Source: Euryarchaeota archaeon UBA23 (GTDB lineage Archaea; Thermoplasmatota; Poseidoniia; Poseidoniales; Thalassarchaeaceae). Taken from it: a DNA stretch of 64,000 bases. Shown piece by piece: positions 9,230 through 19,700 of the stretch. The stretch's first letter is position 1. Every line of letters begins with the position of its first letter. A program made the translations under genes and the position numbers. Under the pieces are notes generated by a model. The model worked only from the letters and a program-made list of their open reading frames with translations, did no database searches and was not told where the DNA came from. The stretch is from contig DAIJ01000016.1 in assembly GCA_002498725.1 (NCBI GenBank), forward strand, positions 6,349-70,348, written 5' to 3'.

Positions 9230-10546
9230 ATGAAGGTCATCAACGATGCAATTCACGGTCAATTTTCCTTAGAAGGAGTACGTGCAGAATTACTCGAAAC
9301 TCCTGAAATGAATAAACTAAGCCACATCAAGCAACTTGGTTTAGCTCATCTTGTATTTCCTGGTGCTCATCACACTAGATTTGAGCACTCATTAGGAGTT
9401 TCACATATAGGTGGGATGATGGCAGACTCGATAGGCCTTGATAAGCAAGAAAAGATTCTAGTTCAAGTCGCAGGAATGTTACATGATGTTGGACATGGCC
9501 CATATTCTCACACACTTGAACATATTCTACATGAGCGAGGAGGTTTGGATCACATGTCTATCACGGAGGGTATTATTCTTGGCGAATATGATGTTCTAAG
9601 AGAGGGAGAAGATACTAGTATTCAAAGTCGTAAATTGATTCCAGATATTCTTGAGAAAAATGACATTAATCCAGAAGAAGTAGCGGCTTTGATCAGAGGT
9701 CCAGATGCTAGAGGTAGTGAAAGAACTCTACTTTCATGGGTTGATGGAAAAGAGGATTTGGTGTCCGAAGATCGTACATTAGGAAATCTTGTGCATGGTC
9801 CTGTTGATTGTGATCAATTGGATTATTTACTTAGAGATTCACATTTTACTGGTGTTAAGCACGGAATAGTAGATCATAGGCGCTTGATATCTTGCTTACG
9901 CCGCCATGGTGGAGATGTTGCTGTTGAAGAAGGTGGGTTAGCGGCACTAGAAGGTATGCTTATGGCTAGAGGATTAATGTATAGTGCAGTATATTTCCAT
10001 AGAGTAACTCGTGTTACTGAGGTCATGCTTTCGCGTGCAGTAGAAAGAAGTGCGAGTAATTTACCTAGCCCTGCTGATATGCAGAGAAGAGTCGATGCTG
10101 AAATCTGGCAAGCACTGTATCAAGCAGGCGAATATTCTAGAGACATTATGAGGAGACTAAAATATCGTCAGATGTTCAAAGTTGCATCAAGTCGTCGTCA
10201 AGAAGAATTATCTAATGAACAAGTAAGTAGACTGGTGGAAATAGCCCAGAGTTCGGAAAAAAGACGTGAAATTGAGGATGATATCGCGCATCGTGCAGGT
10301 CTTCCTGAAGGCTATGTGGCTGTCGATGTTCCAAGTGTTAAGCTTCTCCTTTCAGAGCCCCGTATGGCTTCAGTCGACATTCGAATTGTTGGAGATGATG
10401 GAAGAACAAGATGGTTTAGAGAACACACCCCAATTGCTGAAGCACTTCGTAAAAGACAAGTAAGTCAAGCTGCTGTTTATGTAATGACTATCCCAGGATA
10501 TGAGAAAACAGTAGCAAAACTTAGTGATCATTATTTATTCTCATAG
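9230..10546 (+). CDS. HD-domain phosphohydrolase (COG1078, SAMHD1-like, putative dNTP triphosphohydrolase)
   Basis: Motifs H..RFEHSLGVSH and HDVGHGPYSH, with a further D..DYLLRD. A Shine-Dalgarno-like GGAGG precedes the ATG. Confidence 0.75.
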   Translation: MKVINDAIHGQFSLEGVRAELLETPEMNKLSHIKQLGLAHLVFPGAHHTRFEHSLGVSHIGGMMADSIGLDKQEKILVQVAGMLHDVGHGPYSHTLEHILHERGGLDHMSITEGIILGEYDVLREGEDTSIQSRKLIPDILEKNDINPEEVAALIRGPDARGSERTLLSWVDGKEDLVSEDRTLGNLVHGPVDCDQLDYLLRDSHFTGVKHGIVDHRRLISCLRRHGGDVAVEEGGLAALEGMLMARGLMYSAVYFHRVTRVTEVMLSRAVERSASNLPSPADMQRRVDAEIWQALYQAGEYSRDIMRRLKYRQMFKVASSRRQEELSNEQVSRLVEIAQSSEKRREIEDDIAHRAGLPEGYVAVDVPSVKLLLSEPRMASVDIRIVGDDGRTRWFREHTPIAEALRKRQVSQAAVYVMTIPGYEKTVAKLSDHYLFS

Positions 10547-10613
10547 TTATTTGAATTCTTGAATCCCGAATCAGTTGTTTACCTTAATGGGTCTATGGAT
10601 TAGTCATCTTTGA

Positions 10614-12053
<1,440 letters not shown>

Positions 12054-12062
12054 ATTTTTTTA
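12054..12062 (+). terminator. Oligo-T tract immediately after the gdhA stop
   Basis: tagATTTTTTTT. Archaeal terminators are T-runs. Confidence 0.35.
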
Positions 12063-12116
12063 TGGACTAGGTAGGTTAAGTTCCATCAGACAAATATCCA
12101 TGATGGATTTCATTTC

Positions 12117-12887
12117 TTACGATTCTTTCTTAACATTTTCAATAATTTTGTCTTCATGCATAGAAGATAGGAATTTCTTCAACCTATCCGTTTTTGGTTC
12201 ATTGATGATTGAGGATGGTCCTTCTTCTGCAACTTTTCCATTATCTAAGTAAACTATTCTATCGGCTACATCTCTGGCAAAACTAATTTCATGAGTTACA
12301 ATAACCATTGTCATTCCTTCATCAGCTAATCCACGGATAGTTTGTAGTACTGAGCCTATTAACTCAGGATCAAGCGCACTAGTTGGTTCGTCGAATAGAA
12401 TAACTTCAGGCTTCATGGCTAAAGCTCTAGCTATTGCAACTCTCTGTTTTTGACCACCCGATAGATTTCCAGGATATGCATTAATTCTTTCTAGCATATC
12501 TACTCTTTCGAGAACTTCAATAGCTACTTTTTCTGCATCCGATTTACTCATTCCTCGTACATGTCGTAACCCTAAAGTTACATTATCCAATACCTTTAGA
12601 TGAGCAAATAACTCAAACGATTGAAAGACCATTCCTATTCTACTTCTTACATTGTTTACGTCTGCATTTGGAGTATTAATTTGTTTTCCTCTTAGTTCTA
12701 TAACCCCTTTAGTCGGCTCAATTAGTCGATTTATGCACCGTAATACTGTAGATTTACCAGAACCAGAGGAACCAATTATTGCTACAGATTCTCCTTCATG
12801 AACATCGAAAGAAATTCCCCTTACAGCATGAACGCCACCGGGATATATTTTTTCCAGATCTAAAATAGATAATACTACATCAGCCAT
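12117..12887 (-). CDS. ABC transporter ATP-binding protein, polar amino-acid (GlnQ/HisP) type
   Basis: Walker A GSSGSGKST, signature LSGGQKQRVAIARAL and Walker B ILFDEPTSALD. Confidence 0.9.
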   Translation of the reverse strand: MADVVLSILDLEKIYPGGVHAVRGISFDVHEGESVAIIGSSGSGKSTVLRCINRLIEPTKGVIELRGKQINTPNADVNNVRSRIGMVFQSFELFAHLKVLDNVTLGLRHVRGMSKSDAEKVAIEVLERVDMLERINAYPGNLSGGQKQRVAIARALAMKPEVILFDEPTSALDPELIGSVLQTIRGLADEGMTMVIVTHEISFARDVADRIVYLDNGKVAEEGPSSIINEPKTDRLKKFLSSMHEDKIIENVKKES

Positions 12888-12888
12888 T

Positions 12889-15009
12889 TTATGATCCTCC
12901 TGAAATTCCTAATCCCGGTATTCTTGTTTTCTCTTCTAATCTTCTTAGTAGTAATGCTAGTGTCCATGTAACTACAAAGTAAGAAATCATTACCATACCC
13001 CATGCCCAAAATACTTGGAACGTTACTGCAATGATTAGCCGTCCTTGTCTTGAAAGTTCTGCATATCCAATAACCATTGCAAGAGAAGAATTTAGAACAA
13101 GATTTACCATTTCATTTCCAATAGGAGGAATGCAAATTCTAATTGCCTGAGGCATAATTACTAATTTCATTGTTCCTAGATATGTTAAGCCAATACTTCT
13201 ACCTGCTTCCATTTGTCCAGAAGGTATGGCTGAGATTGCTCCCCTAATTGTTTCACATTGGTATGCTCCTGAGTTCAATCCAAGAGTGAAAATTGCACTT
13301 ATAAATGCACTTTCTCCCAATAAGAAATAGTCAACTCCATCATTACCAATTGGACCAATTATATTTTCATATACAGCCTGTGCTTCCATGCCAAGGCTTA
13401 ATCCAAAATGAATGAACATGAATTGAACGATTAGCGGCGTGTTTCGGAAGAAGTCAGTATAGACTGTGGCAATTGAATTCAATGGTCTAATTTTCCAAGG
13501 ATCAAATGTCAATGGCCCTAACTTAATTTTTGAGAATTTTCCATCACTGCTAATGAATAATATTCCTAGAAATGTAATAGTGATTCCAATTCCAAATAGA
13601 GCAAAACCATGAGGATCTCCCACTGGTGTAAAAATATATTCAATTCCATTAAGTTGAAGTTCAGAAAAGCCCCTGAATCCATTCCAAAACAGATATATTC
13701 CAGTTATCGATAATCCACCTCCAACTAGTCTGACAATAATACTTGGTTTTCCTTCAATTAGACTTTTTAAGGTAGCTGGGGCCGTTTTCAGCATTGCTAA
13801 CAGAACTCCTATTATGAATCCAAAAAGAATACCAAATCCAACAATTTTCACTGTAGCCTTAAATCCATCTAGAAGCATATCATCTGAATATTCAACAAAA
13901 TCCCCAAAATTATTGTAATCAGGAATTTCAAATCCAACCAAGTTATTTTTGCCAGACGTATCTGTCCATAATATTACCCCATTGTCACCAACTACAATCC
14001 CTTTCTGATAATCTATCATTGCATGATCATTGAATGATGAAAATACATCCTGTGGAATCAAATTTGTTTCTACAATATTCCCTCCGTCTAGAGATACAGA
14101 AAGATAATTATTAGAACCAGCAAAAAGAATGATTGAGGCTGAAACAACCTCAATTGAATTTATTGATCGCCCCAAACTGGTATCATATCCGTGAGATTCT
14201 ATTTCTACTAAATTCCAATTTATTGCCCCTTCAGTTGTTGAAGAAAGAATTTGCCCCTCGCTTGAAACTGCAAACATTCGAAAGGGATTGTAGAAGCCTA
14301 CTGAAACCAAATCTGAATTCCTAGTCTCTTCTGGAGATTCTCTAAAATCCCATGATTGCCCTCCATCTTCGGTGTACAAAATTGTTCCTTCTTCTCCAAC
14401 TATAATCCCTTTTTCATTATCGAGAAATGCGATATCTAGAAGTTTAGAATCTAAAGGATTAGACGCTTGATACCATTCTAAAACGTCGTCGTCTGTAGAA
14501 GAGGATGAACTTTTCCAAATGTTTCCATTGTCACCTATGACTATTATTCCTGATTTCCCTTCACTAATAATTGTAATATCTGTCAATTCATTTGTGGAAT
14601 CAATTTTTCCCAAATAAGTCCATGACCCATTTTCGGAAATCACAAAAACTCCTCCATCTGAAGAAAGAATGACAACATTTTCAGCATAAGAATCTGAGGC
14701 TATAATGTTTGAATCAGTTATTTTTTCGTGTAATTGCCAATTATTGCCTAGATCATTACTTGATAACATAGTTCCTTGGTTTCCAAATACCCAAATTGTT
14801 TTTGTATTGTCATGTTCAACAATTACTGCAGTATTGAGATTTTGTTCAGTACCTGATTCTCTAAATTCCCATCCCGATTCTATACTTTGACCTATGGCAG
14901 GAGCAACAGCCACCATTAGAAATATGCATACTAGTAAGCCAACCCGGGTCTTTTCATCAAGAGCAGACCATGAAAAAATCCGTTCGACACCGACGCGTCT
15001 GGCTGCCAT
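12889..15009 (-). CDS. Fusion protein: N-terminal signal/TM anchor, then a BNR/Ycf48-like beta-propeller of about 350 aa, then a polar amino-acid ABC permease (HisM/GlnP-like, EAA loop)
   Basis: Repeated DGG.SW / SxDxGxxW BNR-like motifs (DGGQSW, DGGNIV, SNDLGNNW). The C-terminal half has multi-TM segments and the EAA motif QMEAGRSIGLT...MPQAIRICIPP. Its stop abuts the ATPase gene, indicating operon coupling. Confidence 0.8.
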   Translation of the reverse strand: MAARRVGVERIFSWSALDEKTRVGLLVCIFLMVAVAPAIGQSIESGWEFRESGTEQNLNTAVIVEHDNTKTIWVFGNQGTMLSSNDLGNNWQLHEKITDSNIIASDSYAENVVILSSDGGVFVISENGSWTYLGKIDSTNELTDITIISEGKSGIIVIGDNGNIWKSSSSSTDDDVLEWYQASNPLDSKLLDIAFLDNEKGIIVGEEGTILYTEDGGQSWDFRESPEETRNSDLVSVGFYNPFRMFAVSSEGQILSSTTEGAINWNLVEIESHGYDTSLGRSINSIEVVSASIILFAGSNNYLSVSLDGGNIVETNLIPQDVFSSFNDHAMIDYQKGIVVGDNGVILWTDTSGKNNLVGFEIPDYNNFGDFVEYSDDMLLDGFKATVKIVGFGILFGFIIGVLLAMLKTAPATLKSLIEGKPSIIVRLVGGGLSITGIYLFWNGFRGFSELQLNGIEYIFTPVGDPHGFALFGIGITITFLGILFISSDGKFSKIKLGPLTFDPWKIRPLNSIATVYTDFFRNTPLIVQFMFIHFGLSLGMEAQAVYENIIGPIGNDGVDYFLLGESAFISAIFTLGLNSGAYQCETIRGAISAIPSGQMEAGRSIGLTYLGTMKLVIMPQAIRICIPPIGNEMVNLVLNSSLAMVIGYAELSRQGRLIIAVTFQVFWAWGMVMISYFVVTWTLALLLRRLEEKTRIPGLGISGGS

Positions 15010-15143
15010 AGGCGCCTCGTAGCGAATGAAGAATATAGAATCGACCCGATATGTATCAGTTGCCTAGGATGTTTTTTTTTCTGATTTTTATTGAGTTCCT
15101 CTATCAGAAATGTTCATCGGCGTCATAGCGAGGCCGACACCTC

Positions 15144-16055
15144 ATGGGCGAGATGATTTACCATGGCAAAGTGAAACAAGTTTGGAGTACGGACGATCCC
15201 GATATCATTGAATTTCGATATACTGATCAGATATCAGTTTTTGATCAAATAATACCTAGCCTTATTCCTAGGAAGGGGGAGTCTCTAAATCGAACTTCTT
15301 GTCATTGGTTTAAGTTAGTCAACGAGGCAGGAATTTGTGATACTCATATTATTGAGATGAATGCTCCGGATCGAGTACTAGCAAGAAGATTCGATGTTGT
15401 TCGCGAACCGGGTGCAATTTCAAGAGATCAAGAGAATGTTTTCGTACCCTTAGAGGTAATCTGTAGACATTATTTGGCAGGAAGTGGGTGGCGTAGATAT
15501 GCTAGAGGTGATGCACCTGCGGAAGAGTTTGGGTTTGCCCCAGGAACTGTGCTTGAACAAGGAGTAAAACTCCCTAAACCCTACCTTGAAGTTTCAACAA
15601 AATTCGAGAAATTCGATAGACTATTAGATAGAAAAGAGGCACTTGAGATTTCTAATTTAAGTGAGGATGAATTTGATTCCATACTTGACATTGTGGTTAA
15701 AGTAGATGAAATAATAGAGAGAGAAGCGTCTAAGAGAGGTTTGATCCATGTTGATGGTAAAAAGGAATTTGCCCTTGGTGAAGGTCGCAAACCTGTACTT
15801 GTAGATTCTTTTGGCACACTGGATGAAGATCGTTGGTGGGATTCTGAAGCCTATTCACAGGGTAAAATCGTGCAACTATCTAAGGAATCTGTTAGAGTTC
15901 ATTATCTTGATACTGGACATCATGATGAGCTATATGCAGCAAGAAATTCAGGTTCTGAAGAACCCCCTATTCCAGCACTACCCCAAGAGATCATTGATCA
16001 AACGGCTAATTTATACGCTGAAATGTTTGAGAGATTGACGGGTAATGAATTTTGA
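15144..16055 (+). CDS. purC: Phosphoribosylaminoimidazole-succinocarboxamide (SAICAR) synthase
   Basis: N-terminal IYHGKVKQVW...DQISVFDQIIP matches the PurC GKVR.iY...DriSaFD pattern. Length is 303 aa. Confidence 0.85.
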   Translation: MGEMIYHGKVKQVWSTDDPDIIEFRYTDQISVFDQIIPSLIPRKGESLNRTSCHWFKLVNEAGICDTHIIEMNAPDRVLARRFDVVREPGAISRDQENVFVPLEVICRHYLAGSGWRRYARGDAPAEEFGFAPGTVLEQGVKLPKPYLEVSTKFEKFDRLLDRKEALEISNLSEDEFDSILDIVVKVDEIIEREASKRGLIHVDGKKEFALGEGRKPVLVDSFGTLDEDRWWDSEAYSQGKIVQLSKESVRVHYLDTGHHDELYAARNSGSEEPPIPALPQEIIDQTANLYAEMFERLTGNEF

Positions 16056-16061
16056 TTTGGG

Positions 16062-16685
16062 TTAGGAATGCCTTCGCATCAATAATCCACACCTTCTCTT
16101 CTCGGCTCCTCTTAGGATAATGACAAGATGCCGAAAAGCGTCAGAAACTCCACCATCTATTGGTTCACTTGGATCAACCGTCCACTTTCCCTTTTGTATT
16201 ACTCTTCTAAGTGAAGTGACCTCTTTTTGATTAAGCCATCCACATAATTCGAGGCCACCTAATCCATTAGAATAACCACTTTCTCCAAGAAATTCTTCTT
16301 TTAATCCTGAATTTAATTTCGCTAATAATTCATGTAGATCTTGTCCTCTTTTGTCATTAGTATATTCATGAAGATAATCAATAGCATTTCCTCCTTCAAT
16401 AGGGAATCTACCAAGTCTCTCTCTAGATACTCCCTTGTCTAATGGTTCTGGAGGAGAATCATCTGAGTTCCATTCTAAACATGTTAAGAAAAGCATCATC
16501 GCAGGGTCAAAATCAGGCGCTTCTCCCTCTTTTAATTCTAGAATTGATTCTGGCATTCCTTCTAAATTTTTGAGATCAACATGATCTCCTGCCATCGATG
16601 CTTGAATCATAGGTATGGCTTCAATTGGGTCATATCTCAAAGGTTCAAAGGTATGAAATGGGCTTGGAGGTATGTATCTATTCAT
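16062..16685 (-). CDS. Hypothetical protein (207 aa), immediately downstream of a giant surface-protein gene
   Basis: Long ORF with balanced composition and no recognisable motif. Confidence 0.45.
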   Translation of the reverse strand: MNRYIPPSPFHTFEPLRYDPIEAIPMIQASMAGDHVDLKNLEGMPESILELKEGEAPDFDPAMMLFLTCLEWNSDDSPPEPLDKGVSRERLGRFPIEGGNAIDYLHEYTNDKRGQDLHELLAKLNSGLKEEFLGESGYSNGLGGLELCGWLNQKEVTSLRRVIQKGKWTVDPSEPIDGGVSDAFRHLVIILRGAEKRRCGLLMRRHS

Positions 16686-16705
16686 AGTATCACCAAAGAT
16701 GATAA

Positions 16706-19700
16706 TTATTCACCAGTTAGACGCTTTAATCTACTTTCGAAATCATCTGATTTAGAATCCTCGATATATTCTTCTTCTAATTTTTCATCAATTTCTTCTT
16801 CAGCAGAATTATCATTATTCTCAATGGTATTTTCTGTATTAATTACAGAGTGCTCAACAATTTCTTTAATCTTCTCTTTCTTCTGTTTAGAAATTCGTTC
16901 TTTGATCACAGAATCAGTCATTTCAATTAGTCTTCTCCGTTCACGTTGATTATTTATTATCCATCTAACTACAAAAGCTAAAGAAATAACCATTAAAGAA
17001 CTTAAGATTGTAGTAATCCATTCAAAACCATCAGCATTATCTACAGAACCTCCTGACAGAATAATTCGCACTTCATCATCACTTGGATCTGAATCTAAAT
17101 CCCAGGGGAATTCACAAGAAATTTCGGCAACTAATTCTGTACCATCTTCAATATTGTCTGGACGATCTATTTTCAGAGTAGGAGAGTATACAACCGTCAT
17201 ATCAATTGAATGTATGGAATTATATGGGTTTGCTGCTATCGCGATATTGCAATCTGCATAATCCAGAAGATGTTCATTTTGTCTCTTTGTAAGTATCTTT
17301 AATTTCTGATCATCACCTTGTCCCTCAAATTCAATACCAACTAATCCAACATTCCATTCAGAATTTCTTATCTCAAATGATTTCTCATTATTAGTCATTA
17401 AAACCCCTCTTACATCAATCATTCTCAAACTTAGTTTTCGCAATCCTGGATCTGGGTTCCAAAGTTCTGCAGAAAGGTTTACTGAAGTTAAACTTTGATT
17501 AATCCCAACAATTCCTTCTTTACTGTCGATCATACGGCCTTGATCGTCAATCAACATAATTGTATAATGGAATGTTTCGGTGCCGTTACCAATTGAGCAT
17601 TCAGCATTTACATCGCCAAAAATTCCAGAAAGCGAACAATATGCTGATCTTGAGGATGGTTGATTAATATTCGCAGAATATGGTAAAACACTCAATGAGT
17701 CTACCGTTAACTGGCTCCCAACTTGATTTTCTATTGCATTCCAAGCCCATGCGCCTTCTATATCCCATTCTAATAATCCTTGAGAATCATCAAGAACATT
17801 TGATGAGGGGCTAGTTCCGTACAACTGGATCATCGCGCTATCTCCCTCCATTGCTATTATCACGGGTGAAGTTGCCCAAGAATGATCTTCTTTCTGGGTG
17901 TCAATTGCAATTTCTCTTTGGTTCCCTTCTGGGTCTTGGGCCAAGATTCTAATTGTTTTTACACTTCCATCCCAATCAGAAGAAGGGATCAAATCTATTG
18001 GAACTCCTCTTATTTCATTCACTCCTAGAACTACTTCGGTAATTCCAGAGATATTCCATCCAATAGGTAAACTTAGAACTTCTAGAGAAATTGTAGTTGG
18101 AGCATTACCATTGTTTTGTAATTCAGCAAGAGGGAAGCCTCCATTTTCAGACACAATCCAAGCACCATTACTTGAGAGGGTAAAATCATGTATAACTGCA
18201 ACTCTTAGAGGTAATGTTATTGTAGAATCCGTACTACCATCTCCTTCTCTTAATCTTACATGTAATTCAACTGTTTTACCATGTCTTGCAGTAAAGGGGG
18301 GTGTAATGTCTAATTCAAGAGGAGCAGACTCTCCAGGGTCTAATGTTGGCATACTTTCTGGCGCCGTTATTTCCCAACCATTTTCTCCAGTAACATAAAC
18401 TGAAACAAATGGTTCAGAAGGTGAATTTCCAAGTTGAATAACACTCAAAGAAACAGTAGATCCAGCAGGGTCAATTTCTAGATTTGTATCAACGGCAATT
18501 GCATTCCATCCGGTCACATGTGCAACTTCTAAAGTGAATGACAGTGAGTACACTTCTTCATCAAATGATATTCCGATCATGTAAATGCTAAATCTTGTTC
18601 CATTCCAAGAATTACTAGGCACCTCTATCGTCAAAGTAAGTATTCCTGTATCATTTACAGCTACATTATTTGTTGATGACCCTATAATTCTCCATCCATC
18701 ACTGGTATCTCCTTGAGTTTCGAAAACGGTTCCCGTGCCATTAATACTAAGATCATCTACTAGATTCCCTACATTCTTTGCACTGACTTCGACTGCAAAT
18801 GTATTTCCTGGTAGTACAGAAAATGTATCTCCCTCATTGACCAAAACATCATTTCGATTTGTATCTATTTCCCATCTGTGATCTTGTCTTGCTTCTAAAA
18901 TTAGATATATTGTTGAAAAAACATTTGCATCACCTTGTGAATTCATAGTAATACTAATGTTTACAGGTGTTCTTGCAGGTGTTGATTCTGGAAGAATCAC
19001 TTGTAGAGGAAGAGTTCTAAGACTACCTGCTCCTAATTGTATAATTTCGCTTGAAAATGTAACCTCTACTCCAGGGTCTTCACTTAGATTAGAATCTAGT
19101 ATGACTTCATATGACATAGAATATGAATCATCTCCATTTCCAGGATTATATAATCGCACTGTGGCAGGAATTGCTGTTTCAACATCAGCGAGATTTGTAT
19201 CTTCATTGGGTGAAATCAATACTAAAGTTGCTCTATATATTTGTAACACCTCAACTGATAGTCGTATTGTATGTTCAATTCCAACATTGCTTTGATCAAT
19301 AAATGAGTGATAAGCAGGTGGTGCATCTACTGGTAACACCAATGTCAAGGTTCCAGTTAATCTAGAACCCGGCGCTCCTGTCATAATTAGAGTATCAGAA
19401 TTTAGAGATAAGGCACCCGATGAGGTCCACGCCCAATCTTCAATATCCATTCCTGCTTCAGACAGCGACCATTCTAATGTTGCCGAATCATTAGGCATGT
19501 CTGCCTTTACATTCCAAGTAAGAGTATTTTCGGGCATACTTCTTTGATGATCTGACTCTGTGACGACCCCACTCGCAACAAAATTAAGTTGAACATTTTG
19601 GCAAGTCTCATCTTCACCAAAACCTACACACATCGATAGTGGTGTAGTGACTTCATCTCCAAGATTAGCACCACTAGGCACTCCAAGTCTAGCAGTTATA

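Noticed and set aside
15004-15140. Possible inverted repeat flanking the permease/purC divergent promoter
   Set aside because: Only 5-6 bp of the two arms (CCTCGTAGCG vs CATAGCGAGG) are truly complementary. Not significant.
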